The translations under genes were made by a program, and so were the position numbers. From NCBI GenBank assembly GCA_963666285.1, contig OY762711.1: a DNA stretch of 64,000 nt. One strand, written 5' to 3'. This document shows positions 31,152 through 42,547 of the stretch, one piece after another. The stretch's first letter is position 1; each line of letters opens with the position of its first letter. Under the pieces are notes generated by a model. The model had not been told where the DNA came from. It saw nothing but the letters and a program-made list of their open reading frames with translations, and did no database searches. This DNA is from Sedimentisphaerales bacterium (GTDB taxonomy: Bacteria > Planctomycetota > Phycisphaerae > Sedimentisphaerales > SM23-30).

Positions 31152-31330
31152 TAGCAGGATAATCCCGATGTTATGACTTTTGGCCTTAAGTTGTTACTTT
31201 GTAGTCATTTACAGTGTAGGTAGGGTTGGTTTGCTGTTAATTTATGGTCAGTTTCTATGAGGAATATGATGGTTTTAGACCAATATTTTTAAAACATTAT
31301 TAAATTTATAAATTTTTATTATTTAATCAG

Positions 31331-31358
31331 TTGACACATCTTCTTAAGTAGCTATAAT
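31331..31358 (+). promoter_or_regulatory. Sigma-70 rRNA promoter
   Basis: TTGACA-16 nt-TATAAT with AT-rich UP region; boxA-like GTTCTTTGACA at ~31406. Confidence 0.85.
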
Positions 31359-31643
31359 TATGCGTCTCAACATTGGGCGAGTAAGTCAGATGTTGAGAGC
31401 AAAAAGTTCTTTGACAATTAAACAGTGACATATGCTTTATAGCGAGAATGTGATCTTTTACCGGGAACTATGAGTCCTGGTAAGAGTTAAACAAATAGCG
31501 GGTTACGACCCCGCATTTGGTGTAAAAAAATTGGTAACTTTCCTACCCGGGAAGGTTACTATTCAACATTCTCAATCATAGGTGAGTTTTTGTTGAGCCA
31601 TCAATCGTAAATATCATAACTTCGGTTATGACAACGATAAATC

Positions 31644-33187
<1,544 letters not shown>

Positions 33188-33278
33188 GGGATACTAGACC
33201 GTTGGTGGATTCATTTCTACCAATGAGTATCGTCAGCACATTTTCGCTGGCATTTTGTCACTGTTTTTTGAAATATCT

Positions 33279-33311
33279 AAAGTCCTGTACCATACGGTGC
33301 AGGACTTTTTT
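33279..33311 (+). terminator. Terminator of the 16S transcript
   Basis: AAGTCCTGTACC/GGTGCAGGACTT stem plus T-tract. Confidence 0.85.
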
Positions 33312-33349
33312 GCGTTTAAAGGGGAATTATTGATTTATGCAATGTTATT

Positions 33350-33535
33350 ATGACACCATGTAATAAAATAGATATTGAGAATATTGTTAAAACTCTTACA
33401 GAAGATACTTCTATAGAAGAAATATTGAAAAGTTATATATATTTGTCAAAATTGAGAGGGGGGCAGCAGGCAGAACAGGGCGAATTACTTGATCATGCTG
33501 AAGTTGAGAAAAGGCTGGAGAGATGTCTAAATTGA
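33350..33535 (+). CDS. Small antitoxin-like protein, probably degenerate
   Basis: L.EDTSIEEI....Y...K...G.Q.AEQGELLDHAEVEKRL..; resembles small antitoxins that precede RelE/ParE toxins. Confidence 0.45.
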   Translation: MTPCNKIDIENIVKTLTEDTSIEEILKSYIYLSKLRGGQQAEQGELLDHAEVEKRLERCLN

Positions 33536-33568
33536 TATTGAGGCAGATAAACAAATCTATCTTTTTAA

Positions 33569-34966
33569 TTACTTAATCGAATCTTCGAGTTTGTCGAGCA
33601 GGGTATTGAGCGGCATTTCCTGTTTGCCGTCAGATGTATCCCAAATGACAGGTTTTGTATCATCTTGCAGGTGTGTTTCAATTTTTCTGCATGCCAGGAT
33701 AACAGTCGCATGGTTCTTATTTCCCATGAACCGGCCAATTTCCGGGAACGACATATTGGTATGTTTCCTGGTAAGGTACATTGCCAATGATCTGGCCAGG
33801 CTGATAGTCCTGGTTTTGCGGTTAGAACGGATATCTGCCGGTGTCATACCAAAGAATGTGGCGACTTTAGACTCAATGTCAGAGATACGTACAATCGGGT
33901 CAATATGAGAGATGTGGCCCTGCAAGGCTTCCTGGGTCATTGCCATAGTTACCGGCTCCCTCGTAAGTGCGGCATATGCTACGACCTTTAGCAGGGCTCC
34001 TTCAAGCTCTCTGACATTAGTTCTAATATTGTCGCCAATGTATTCGATAACAGGCATAGGCACTGTTTTTTCCATTTTGTGGGCACGTTGCATCAGGATA
34101 GAGCAGCGTGTCTCATAAGTTGGCGGATCGATCTTTACAACCATACCCGATACAAACCTGCTGATAAGGCTGTTGGACAGTTCCTGTATCATCTTTGGAT
34201 GAGCATCAGAGGCAAGTACTACCTGTTTGCCCGCGGCATCAATAGCATTAAATGTGTGCAGAAATTCTTCCTGTGACGCTTTTTTGCCAGCCAGAAAATG
34301 AACATCATCAATAATTAATGTATCGCAGTTTCTGAACCTGTCGCGGAACAGGTCGAGCTTACCGCTTTTAAGTGCCAGAACGAATCTATTAGTAAAATCT
34401 TCACCTGAAAGGTATATACAGGAATCTTCCGGGCGTTTTTCGTTAATAGCGTTACATATACTCTGCAGCAGATGTGTTTTGCCGAGTCCGCAATCGCCAT
34501 GAATGAATAACGGGTTGAAACGTGTATTAGGTTCTTCGATAACGGCAACCGCGGCATTATATGCCAGCTGGTTGGAAGGGCCTACCACGAAATCTTCCAG
34601 TTTCATTTTGAATGGAAGGTTTCCTGATTTGGCAGAAACTTTTTTATTTACTTTTAATGCGGTAACTTCAGGTTTGATTTCAGTAGGACGTCTACGACCA
34701 TTATTGAAAAGTTCAGGCTGGATATGGAATACGGCTTTTTTGGTGCTGTGATACACTTCTTCGACCGAGCCAATGATGTGGTCGTTAAAGTTACTTTCTA
34801 TCCAGTTTGCGATAAACTGGTTAGGAACGCCGACTTTGACGTAACCGTCTTCGACTTCGATTCTGGTCGAATTCTTGAACCAGATTTTATATTTTTGTTT
34901 TCCTACTCGCCGAGCAATAACTTCATTTAGCTCTTCGAGCAGGTGACAATCTACCTGTGTGTGCAT
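33569..34966 (-). CDS. dnaA: Chromosomal replication initiator DnaA
   Basis: FNPLFIHGDCGLGKTHLL, IDDVHFL, QEEFLHTFN, NVRELEGAL, SFPEIGRFMGNKNHATV. Confidence 0.98.
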   Translation of the reverse strand: MHTQVDCHLLEELNEVIARRVGKQKYKIWFKNSTRIEVEDGYVKVGVPNQFIANWIESNFNDHIIGSVEEVYHSTKKAVFHIQPELFNNGRRRPTEIKPEVTALKVNKKVSAKSGNLPFKMKLEDFVVGPSNQLAYNAAVAVIEEPNTRFNPLFIHGDCGLGKTHLLQSICNAINEKRPEDSCIYLSGEDFTNRFVLALKSGKLDLFRDRFRNCDTLIIDDVHFLAGKKASQEEFLHTFNAIDAAGKQVVLASDAHPKMIQELSNSLISRFVSGMVVKIDPPTYETRCSILMQRAHKMEKTVPMPVIEYIGDNIRTNVRELEGALLKVVAYAALTREPVTMAMTQEALQGHISHIDPIVRISDIESKVATFFGMTPADIRSNRKTRTISLARSLAMYLTRKHTNMSFPEIGRFMGNKNHATVILACRKIETHLQDDTKPVIWDTSDGKQEMPLNTLLDKLEDSIK

Positions 34967-35238
34967 TTTTTATTCTGTCGTCCAATTGTTAGGGTGTTGC
35001 ATGACAAAGTAAATACAAAACTTTGTCATCCTAATTTCATTTTACCAAAACCTGACGATATTTAGATACCGATATCGCCTTACCTGATACTTTCTGCCCG
35101 GTACCAGGCTATTATAGCCAGTGGTATAATGCGTTTCCCAATATAGGAAAATATTTCAAAGCGTCAAGAAACTGTCGCTTTGGACTAATAAATGATATTT
35201 GCATGTAGGATAATATTCAATGGAAAAATAACAATTAC

Positions 35239-35395
35239 TTTTCCACAAATCGAAACACACAATTTAACAGTAACTTACAGCATAAAAAAAGTTTACAGTC
35301 ACAAGTTTTACACAATCTAAACCCTTATGTGTAAAACCTGTGGAAACTGTTTTTTGCATATATTATTTCATTTTATGCATATAATATAGTAAATG
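35239..35395. promoter_or_regulatory. DnaA-box cluster plus AT-rich tract (oriC-like or dnaA autoregulatory region)
   Basis: TTWTNCACA matches at 35239-35247, 35306-35314 and 35328-35336 (reverse); one-mismatch box at 35339-35347; AT-rich 35350-35395. Confidence 0.7.
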
Positions 35396-35396
35396 A

Positions 35397-36437
35397 TTAC
35401 TTTTTCTTCTTTCTTTGTGTTGATTTTGGTTCCAGACTGTAATCACTGGTAATACCGGCCAAAAATTTGTAATATGCCAGACCGGCTACCATAGCAGCGT
35501 TATCGGTGCAGTATTTTCTTTGGGCAACAATCATTTCCATACCATTGGATTTACATGAATGTTCCAGTTTATCTCTTAACACAGAATTAGCTGCAACACC
35601 GCCTCCGAGCAAAACATATTTTCTATTATATTTTTTAGCGGCTTTAACTGTCTTTTTGACCAGTACATCAACAACAGCTGCTTGAAAGCTGGCTGCTATA
35701 TCTGCTATCTCCTGTGGACTCATCTGATCTACTCTGTCTTCACCTACCATATTTTGTCCGCGGCAATGATACAGTACCGAAGTTTTTACGCCGCTAAATG
35801 AAAAATCAAGTGAATCTTTACCAAGCATAGTCCTGGGGAATTTTACGGCTTTTGGATTACCATTTTCCGCCGCTTTCTGAATGGAAGGTCCTCCGGGATA
35901 TGGCAGTTTCAGTATAGCCGCGGCTTTATCAAAGGCTTCACCGGCGGCATCGTCGATTGTCTGGCCAATAAGTTCCATCTCCATTGGACTCATGCAGTCG
36001 TATAAACTGGTATGCCCTCCTGAAACTACGAGAGCTATCGCCGGAAAGCAGTCAGATTTTTCGTCTAGCATGACAGAATGAAGATGGCAGTGGATGTGGT
36101 TAACAGCTATAAGAGGTTTCTGCCAGGCCCATGCAAGAGTTTTAGCTGCGGTAACTCCAATTAGTAGAGCAGGGGTAAGTCCGGGGCAGTTGGCAACAGC
36201 GATCGCGTCAATTTTGTCGCGCGAAATATTTCCCTGTTTGAGCACTTCGTCAATTAAAGGGATAATACTTTCAATATGCGCTCTGGCGGCGATCTCGGGA
36301 ACAACCCCTCCATATTTCTGGTGAAGTTTTACCTGCGAATTTATAAGGCTGCTGATAACCTTATGGCCATTTGCTACCAAGGCAACAGCTGTTTCGTCAC
36401 AACTGCTTTCAATACCAAGAATTATTTTCTCTGTCAT
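35397..36437 (-). CDS. tsaD: tRNA N6-adenosine threonylcarbamoyltransferase
   Basis: LGIESSCDET, GGVVPEIAARAH, VSGGHT, DDAAGEAFDK, CTDNAAM. Confidence 0.98.
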   Translation of the reverse strand: MTEKIILGIESSCDETAVALVANGHKVISSLINSQVKLHQKYGGVVPEIAARAHIESIIPLIDEVLKQGNISRDKIDAIAVANCPGLTPALLIGVTAAKTLAWAWQKPLIAVNHIHCHLHSVMLDEKSDCFPAIALVVSGGHTSLYDCMSPMEMELIGQTIDDAAGEAFDKAAAILKLPYPGGPSIQKAAENGNPKAVKFPRTMLGKDSLDFSFSGVKTSVLYHCRGQNMVGEDRVDQMSPQEIADIAASFQAAVVDVLVKKTVKAAKKYNRKYVLLGGGVAANSVLRDKLEHSCKSNGMEMIVAQRKYCTDNAAMVAGLAYYKFLAGITSDYSLEPKSTQRKKKK

Positions 36438-36736
36438 ATTATTTATATTATAGGTTTATGGCCTGAATTTGGCGAAAAATCACAATTTAACAGGCATAAT
36501 CGTTATATTTTAAATATTGTTAATTATATACGCCCGATAATATCGCCGTTAATTTACCTTCAGGGCTGTATCAAATATTATATATATTTCCCATCGTTTC
36601 TCAATACTATTGTAAATTGTTTAATTTTCAATACTTATTAGATAAACTATTAATTTTGAGGAATTACTTAACAAATTATATGATATTTTAGCCATGTAAA
36701 TTTGCCTCTTCGCTAACCATATGATATAATAAAGGT

Positions 36737-37004
36737 GAAGTCAGAATGATAAAAAATCTTAGTTATTATTAACCCTTTGTATTTATTATTTAGTTAGTTT
36801 TTAATTTGCTATTTTGACAATTCTATTAGTTCGAGGGTCACTTATCTGACCCCCAAATTATTTTTTTCGACTGCATTATTTAATATGCAGCCCATATTAA
36901 GTAGCACTAATGTGCTTCTGGTGCGTTGCGGAAAACAGCGTATTGACACCGCATGCCCCAACAACTATGAACAGGCCCGCTTTAAACCGGGCCTGTTGTT
37001 TTTT
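36737..37004 (+). ncRNA. Candidate small structured RNA or leader upstream of alr
   Basis: Promoter TTGCCT-17-TATAAT with extended -10 (36702-36730), several hairpins, 10-bp terminator stem 36970-36997; no convincing ORF. Confidence 0.35.
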
Positions 37005-37263
37005 AAAGCCTGCCATTATTTTTTCTTTTCATTATGTAATATCAGTATCAGATATTATCCAATGCAATATTTATTTTATGGGTACTGTTTTTTCTTGACG
37101 AAATTAACACGATATGAGAGACTATATGTCGCTGTTATTAAAAGTATTATAGTTCTGCATAAAATTACGGTAGGTGGCCTTGAAAAGAAAACCCGGCATG
37201 CTTTTTGAAAGGATTAAACCCGCTTCCAGCGAGCGTTTAACCCGTTTTTATGAAGTAGGGCCG

Positions 37264-38421
37264 ATGCGTCTGAGCGGTCAGTCGCTAAAGACGGTCAAGG
37301 CTAAAATCAATGCGGATAATTTGCGATATAATGCTTTCCAGTTCAAAAAACTCTTGGGTTTCAATTCTCGATTATGTGTAGTTGTGAAAGCTAATGCTTA
37401 TGGTCATAATGCCCGTTTGACAGTATCCAGTCTTGGCAGCGATATTGCCGACAGCTTTATGGTTTCCACAATTGAGGAGGCCGAGCAGATCCAGCATTTG
37501 ACTTCCGGTCGAAGGGTACTTGTAACCTGTCCGCTGTATGATGGAATTGACCGGGAGCTTATAAAACTGGCGTTGGCCAGGCAGTTTCACTGTAGTATAT
37601 GTTCTCTTGATGCCTTGAAATATGTGGCGGATACTCTGAAAGATGGTTTTGATCAGGACGATCCTTTACGCTTAAAGATACATCTGAAAGTCGATACCGG
37701 CATGACCCGCCTGGGCTGTCCTGCCTCTGATGCAGCACTTCTGGCTGAAACAATAGATGATAATCCTTTTGTTAAATTGTCTGGTATTTACAGCCATATG
37801 GCAACAGCTGATGACAATCTTGAATTTGCCTCTGAACAGCTTAAGCTTTATAATCAGGTCCTTGAAGATACCGCTGAATGGACCGCGTATCGTTCTGTTA
37901 TCAAGCATTTCAGTAATACATCCGGTACGGTAGCTTTGCCTGCCGGGCGTTTTGATATGGTTCGCTGTGGTATCGGTATATACGGTTATACGAATCTGCC
38001 GCAAGAGATAGGCGACCTTGATCTCCGACCTGCATTAAAGATTGTTGCTCCGCTGGTACATGTTAAAAGCATACCTGCCGGGCGAAAGATAGGTTATGGC
38101 TGTAGTTATACTGCCCCGCAAAATATGACAGTAGGTGTGGTTCCGGTAGGATATGCTGACGGCTTTTTCCGGGCATTCTCGAATAAGGCGGTCCTTCGCT
38201 GCAATGGCATTGATGCCCCGGTTGTTGGTAAGGTTAGTATGGACCTTACAATAATAGATCTTTCGAACGTACCAGATCCAAACGAAGGCATGGAAGTTAC
38301 CGTTATCGATGATGATAAAGACAGCCCTTGCAGTGTAGCTAACCTGGCAAAAATTGCTGATACTGTTCCGTATGAAATTTTGATCGCAATCGGCAACCGC
38401 GTTAAACGTGAACTGGTCTAA
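37264..38421 (+). CDS. alr: Alanine racemase
   Basis: VVKANAYGH (PLP Lys), HLKVDTGM.RLG, IGYG, PVGYADG, VGKVSMD; start may be 37198. Confidence 0.95.
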   Translation: MRLSGQSLKTVKAKINADNLRYNAFQFKKLLGFNSRLCVVVKANAYGHNARLTVSSLGSDIADSFMVSTIEEAEQIQHLTSGRRVLVTCPLYDGIDRELIKLALARQFHCSICSLDALKYVADTLKDGFDQDDPLRLKIHLKVDTGMTRLGCPASDAALLAETIDDNPFVKLSGIYSHMATADDNLEFASEQLKLYNQVLEDTAEWTAYRSVIKHFSNTSGTVALPAGRFDMVRCGIGIYGYTNLPQEIGDLDLRPALKIVAPLVHVKSIPAGRKIGYGCSYTAPQNMTVGVVPVGYADGFFRAFSNKAVLRCNGIDAPVVGKVSMDLTIIDLSNVPDPNEGMEVTVIDDDKDSPCSVANLAKIADTVPYEILIAIGNRVKRELV

Positions 38422-38496
38422 GCAATTTATACGGTCTTTTCTTTAGTTGGAAAATATTCAATACTTTTACAGAGCCGGTCTGTAGTGGAGCAGGTT

Positions 38497-38757
38497 ATGG
38501 CTGATATCAAAAGCAAAAAAGTGTTATTTCTTAAAGCAGGCTTATTTGTCGTGACCGGGGTTATTTGTATTGCAATAATCCTTCTTGAAAACCCCAGCTT
38601 AAAACTTGCCGCTCTCCTTGTTTGTGCAATCTGGAGTTTTGCTCGCGCATACTATTTTGCTTTCTATGTTATCGAGCATTATATTGACAGCGATTATAAG
38701 TTTGCCGGCCTTGGCTCTTTTGTCAGGTATTGTTTAAAGAAGAAAGAAAAAGATTAA
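38497..38757 (+). CDS. Small membrane protein of unknown function
   Basis: Two hydrophobic segments and W.FARAYYFAFYVIEHYID..YKFAGL. Confidence 0.7.
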   Translation: MADIKSKKVLFLKAGLFVVTGVICIAIILLENPSLKLAALLVCAIWSFARAYYFAFYVIEHYIDSDYKFAGLGSFVRYCLKKKEKD

Positions 38758-39653
38758 CTGTCGTTTCTTTTATGTTTTTTCTTCGGATGATTACCCTTGG
38801 GTTTTCGATAGTTTGTATTTTGCCTGTTTCCTGCTTTTTGTTCTGCTTTAAGATTCGCAGTTTTTTCATTTTTATTTTTCTTTATATTTTTGGATTTTCC
38901 TTCTTTAACTTTCTCTTGTTTTTTCTCCGGTTTCTGCATGATAAACAGATAATTAAATCCGCGAAGGAAGAAATTCCCTTCTTCGGCAGCCTTGCGATAG
39001 TTACCCATATTCAACGTTTTATTATGTCGAACTACGGATATGATATCTATAGGGATAAAGAACTCCTGCATTATTCTGAAAAGCTCGAAACCAATCGGGA
39101 AAAATCCTTTTTTAGGTTCGTGCGAGTCGCTTACATACAGTCCCATATACTTACCTGGCTTCAAGATACGATTGATTTCACTGATAACCTGTCGCATGGA
39201 GTTATAATACTCTTCATCACCGGCATGGAGCTTGCCGATACAACGGGGATCGTCGCTATAGTCAACATGGGTAGAGTAGGGCGGGTCAACAAAGACAAAG
39301 TCAGCTTTTTCATCTTCGAGTGCCAGCTTGCGGGCATCCACCCGGAAGATGTCCTTGCGGGTCGGGTTAACATCATAGCCCAGTGCCCGGCGGTTCAGGT
39401 CGCGTGCCACGTCCAGTGTTGTGCCGCTGCCGCACATCGGGTCGACTACCAGGTCTTTTTCCCTGGTATATCGCTGCAGCAGATTCCAGATTATGTAGCT
39501 GGGGGTTGCCCCGATGTAGTTCGGGTCGCCCTGAAAACCATCGCCATAATGCTGCGATGGGTATTCCCAAAGGGTGGTCACCTGCAAATTCAGTGGTGGT
39601 TTACTGCTTTTTTTCAATCTGGACGGTCTGCTGGTCTTTTTTGTTTTGCTCAT
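38754..39653 (-). CDS. Orphan N4/N6 DNA (or RNA) amino-methyltransferase
   Basis: VDPMCGSGTT (motif I) and DPPY (motif IV); Lys-rich tail. Confidence 0.85.
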   Translation of the reverse strand: MSKTKKTSRPSRLKKSSKPPLNLQVTTLWEYPSQHYGDGFQGDPNYIGATPSYIIWNLLQRYTREKDLVVDPMCGSGTTLDVARDLNRRALGYDVNPTRKDIFRVDARKLALEDEKADFVFVDPPYSTHVDYSDDPRCIGKLHAGDEEYYNSMRQVISEINRILKPGKYMGLYVSDSHEPKKGFFPIGFELFRIMQEFFIPIDIISVVRHNKTLNMGNYRKAAEEGNFFLRGFNYLFIMQKPEKKQEKVKEGKSKNIKKNKNEKTANLKAEQKAGNRQNTNYRKPKGNHPKKKHKRNDS

Positions 39654-39747
39654 GCCGTAATTATATGCATTTTAGCGAGCCATTCAATATAAGAAATTCC
39701 AGCTTGTATTGCCGGCATTATATATGAGTGGGAATATATGGTGAAAT

Positions 39748-41007
39748 TTATGAATGGATCGATGATAACGAATATACCCAGGTGAAAATTAACAGTGTAA
39801 TCATACCTGCGACAAATCCCCCGGTAGATACAGGTTCATTTCCAAGCAGTAGGGCTGTAAAGGCTGTTATGCCGCATATTGATATTATCGAAGCAGCTAT
39901 AACAGTAACTTTTCGTCTCATACCTGTGCTGCCGAAAAGCCTTACTACCGGCAGGATTAGCAGCAATAAGAATGTGCCTGTTAAGAGGAGATGGTCAGTT
40001 GGCATAAAAGCTCCGCATATCACCATTACCAATCCGCCTCCAAGCAGAAAGGCCAGCCAGTTGCTTGCAGATTTTTCACTGTCACTCAATGCATACCGGC
40101 CGTATTTATTGAATCTTAGCAGCATATTAAATAATGGGTTAGCTATCCAGGTCATTAAAACGAAAAACAAATATACAAAGAGCAGCGGTGCTGTAAATGG
40201 CTGGATTTCTGGATATTGACCGGAAAGCGAACGGATGACCTTCATCAAGATATACGCCCCGATGATAAGTCCTGTCTGCGCTTTGGGCGGTAATGTCGAC
40301 ATCCATATAAAAAATTGCAGCATAAGCCGGAATAAGAGATATCTTGCTTTGAGGGCGTTTAGCATTCCCTGCCTGGCCCATTCAAAATCCGGTTCTATTC
40401 TCAATGCTTCACGAAAATGTTCCAGTGCCTTATCGTATTTTTTCTGATGAAGGTATGACCATCCCAGGTTTGCATGTGTTCTTTCATCTTCCGGGTTTTC
40501 CTTTAACGCTTCGGCTATTCCTGATCTTGCCTCGTCGTGTCTGCCCAGTTGGGTAAGAGCCAGTGACCTGGAGTTCATGCATCCGCTGTCTGTCGGGTCG
40601 AGCGACAACCCTTTCATTGCCGCGTCCAGGGCTTTCTGCCATTGCGACATTGATAGATACACCAGTGATTTCAAATGATAGTATTCACATTCTTCCGGGT
40701 AGAGCCTGATCGCTTCATCCGCCGAATCCAGGGCTTTTTTGTTCTCATTAGTAGCATAATAAATTAGCCCTTGTATATAATGATTATGTGGCTCATCCGG
40801 CTCCAGCGATATTGCCGTATTCGCCTCCTTTATAGCTTGGTCATTCTTTTTTAATCTTATCAGGCAAAATGCCAGCATGGCATGTGCGTGATCGTCATTA
40901 GGCTCTTGCGAAAGATATTTGCGTATTTCCTGTTCTGCCAGTTCAAATTTTTCCAAGTCAATCAGGTGATATATTTTTTGTTCCATAATTTTAGATTCTA
41001 TACTCAA
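39748..41007 (-). CDS. TPR-repeat protein with C-terminal multi-TM domain
   Basis: About 6 TPRs, then ~5-6 hydrophobic helices; 4-nt overlap with the ATPase gene. Confidence 0.85.
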   Translation of the reverse strand: MSIESKIMEQKIYHLIDLEKFELAEQEIRKYLSQEPNDDHAHAMLAFCLIRLKKNDQAIKEANTAISLEPDEPHNHYIQGLIYYATNENKKALDSADEAIRLYPEECEYYHLKSLVYLSMSQWQKALDAAMKGLSLDPTDSGCMNSRSLALTQLGRHDEARSGIAEALKENPEDERTHANLGWSYLHQKKYDKALEHFREALRIEPDFEWARQGMLNALKARYLLFRLMLQFFIWMSTLPPKAQTGLIIGAYILMKVIRSLSGQYPEIQPFTAPLLFVYLFFVLMTWIANPLFNMLLRFNKYGRYALSDSEKSASNWLAFLLGGGLVMVICGAFMPTDHLLLTGTFLLLLILPVVRLFGSTGMRRKVTVIAASIISICGITAFTALLLGNEPVSTGGFVAGMITLLIFTWVYSLSSIHS

Positions 41008-42371
41008 AGTTTGATATTAAGGTATTCCAGTATCTCGTCATATATACCGCCGTCATTGGCATATAATGCATAATTCCTAGCAGATGAGAACCACTGATTA
41101 GTTGATGGTTTAACTGTTTTTGCCGCTTTCTGCAGATCTTTGGTCGTTAGCGGTTTGGGTATTCCGTTTTTCAATGCATCGCTCAGCTTGAGCTCTATAG
41201 CCTGGTCTATTACAGCCTTTAGGTCTGCCCCGGAGAAGTTGCCGGTTTTACGAGCAACCTGCTGGTAATTTATTTCTTCCTGCGGCTTATCTCTCAGAAG
41301 TACTTTTAATATTGCCGCGCGTGCATCTTCATCAGGTGGATGGACAAACAGCAGCCTGTCAAATCGACCCGGTCGGCGAAATGCCGGATCCAGATGCCAG
41401 GGAGCATTCGTTGCAGCCATTATAAGAATGTCTTCATTATTGCTGTCAATACCATCCAGTTCTGACAGAAACTGGTTGATCAGGTTCCTCCCGGCACTTT
41501 GACGCATATCCGATCTGCTGGCACCCAGGGCATCAACTTCGTCAAAGAAGATAATACAGGGCTTATGCTGGCGGGCGTATTCAAATATGGAATGCAGCCT
41601 TTGTTCGCTGCTGCCGATATACATATCAAGTACATGATGGAGACCGACATTGATAAACGAGGCATCTACCTGTCCGGCAGTTGCGCGTGCCAGGTAGGTC
41701 TTGCCGCATCCCGGAGGTCCGTACATCAGCAGACTTCCGCCGATAGGCTTGCCGTATGCCTTGTATATTTCCGGGTTCTTCATAGGTTCGATAATTTTTA
41801 ATCTGATTTGTTCTTTGATGTCATCCATTCCGCCAACATCGTTAAAGTTGGTTTTGGGCTTCTCCATATCAAAATTGACATCATAATTGGCCTGGCCGCC
41901 GTCTGCTCGCATTCTTACTCTGCCTTGCTCATCGACATCCTGGTCATCATTCCATTCATTGGTATCTGATACACCAAGTGCAGCAGCAAGTTCTTCGTCA
42001 GCCAGCGATTCGTCTTCAGCAATTGCCCTGCGGTATGCTGACGCGGCGGTGTCTGTCTCGCCTTGTGCCATTAACATCCTTGCGTAAATTATACGGGTCG
42101 CAGGTGAACTGTCAGGTCTGCTTAGAAGTTCTTCGAGTATGACCAGTGCAGCTGAGGTATTGCCGTTTTTGCGGTAGCAGTCAGCTAATGCCAACTTGAG
42201 TTGTTCACTCTCTGGTGTTAGTTTAAGGCCCTCTCGAAGCGTTTGCTCAGCCTTGTCCAGTAGCCCTCTGGCTATCAGCATCTTGGCTAACTGATTACGC
42301 AAAACGGAATTTTCCGGCGTAACGTCAAGTGCTTCACTAAGCGATTTTATTAATTCTTCATTATCAAACAT
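41004..42371 (-). CDS. AAA+ ATPase (Cdc48/Vps4-like single module) with N-terminal TPR
   Basis: F.DVGG, GPPGCGKT, FFDEVD, ATNAPWHLDPAFRRPGRFD, FSGADL. Confidence 0.92.
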   Translation of the reverse strand: MFDNEELIKSLSEALDVTPENSVLRNQLAKMLIARGLLDKAEQTLREGLKLTPESEQLKLALADCYRKNGNTSAALVILEELLSRPDSSPATRIIYARMLMAQGETDTAASAYRRAIAEDESLADEELAAALGVSDTNEWNDDQDVDEQGRVRMRADGGQANYDVNFDMEKPKTNFNDVGGMDDIKEQIRLKIIEPMKNPEIYKAYGKPIGGSLLMYGPPGCGKTYLARATAGQVDASFINVGLHHVLDMYIGSSEQRLHSIFEYARQHKPCIIFFDEVDALGASRSDMRQSAGRNLINQFLSELDGIDSNNEDILIMAATNAPWHLDPAFRRPGRFDRLLFVHPPDEDARAAILKVLLRDKPQEEINYQQVARKTGNFSGADLKAVIDQAIELKLSDALKNGIPKPLTTKDLQKAAKTVKPSTNQWFSSARNYALYANDGGIYDEILEYLNIKL

Positions 42372-42547
42372 ATTTTGTCTTTACTTTGTAAAAATAGGTA
42401 AACGTCCCTTACCATGGGATGCCTGATTCCATAAAATCATTCTAATGATAATTCTAACAACTTGAATAGACAGCGTCAAGCTAGAATCGTTGTTTAGTAA
42501 AGGTATTAAGGTAGCAATTGCTAGTGTGTTAAAAAGTTCGCTGCTTA

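Noticed and set aside
35367..35394. Possible dif site (…ATATAGTAAAT)
   Set aside because: Only the XerD-like arm partly matches (8/11) and the XerC arm does not; expected by chance in AT-rich DNA
36885..37208. 107-aa and 62-aa ORFs upstream of alr
   Set aside because: They run through a strong terminator, lack an RBS and have implausible composition
38730..39692. 320-aa + strand ORF
   Set aside because: Antisense shadow of the methyltransferase, which has the clear motifs
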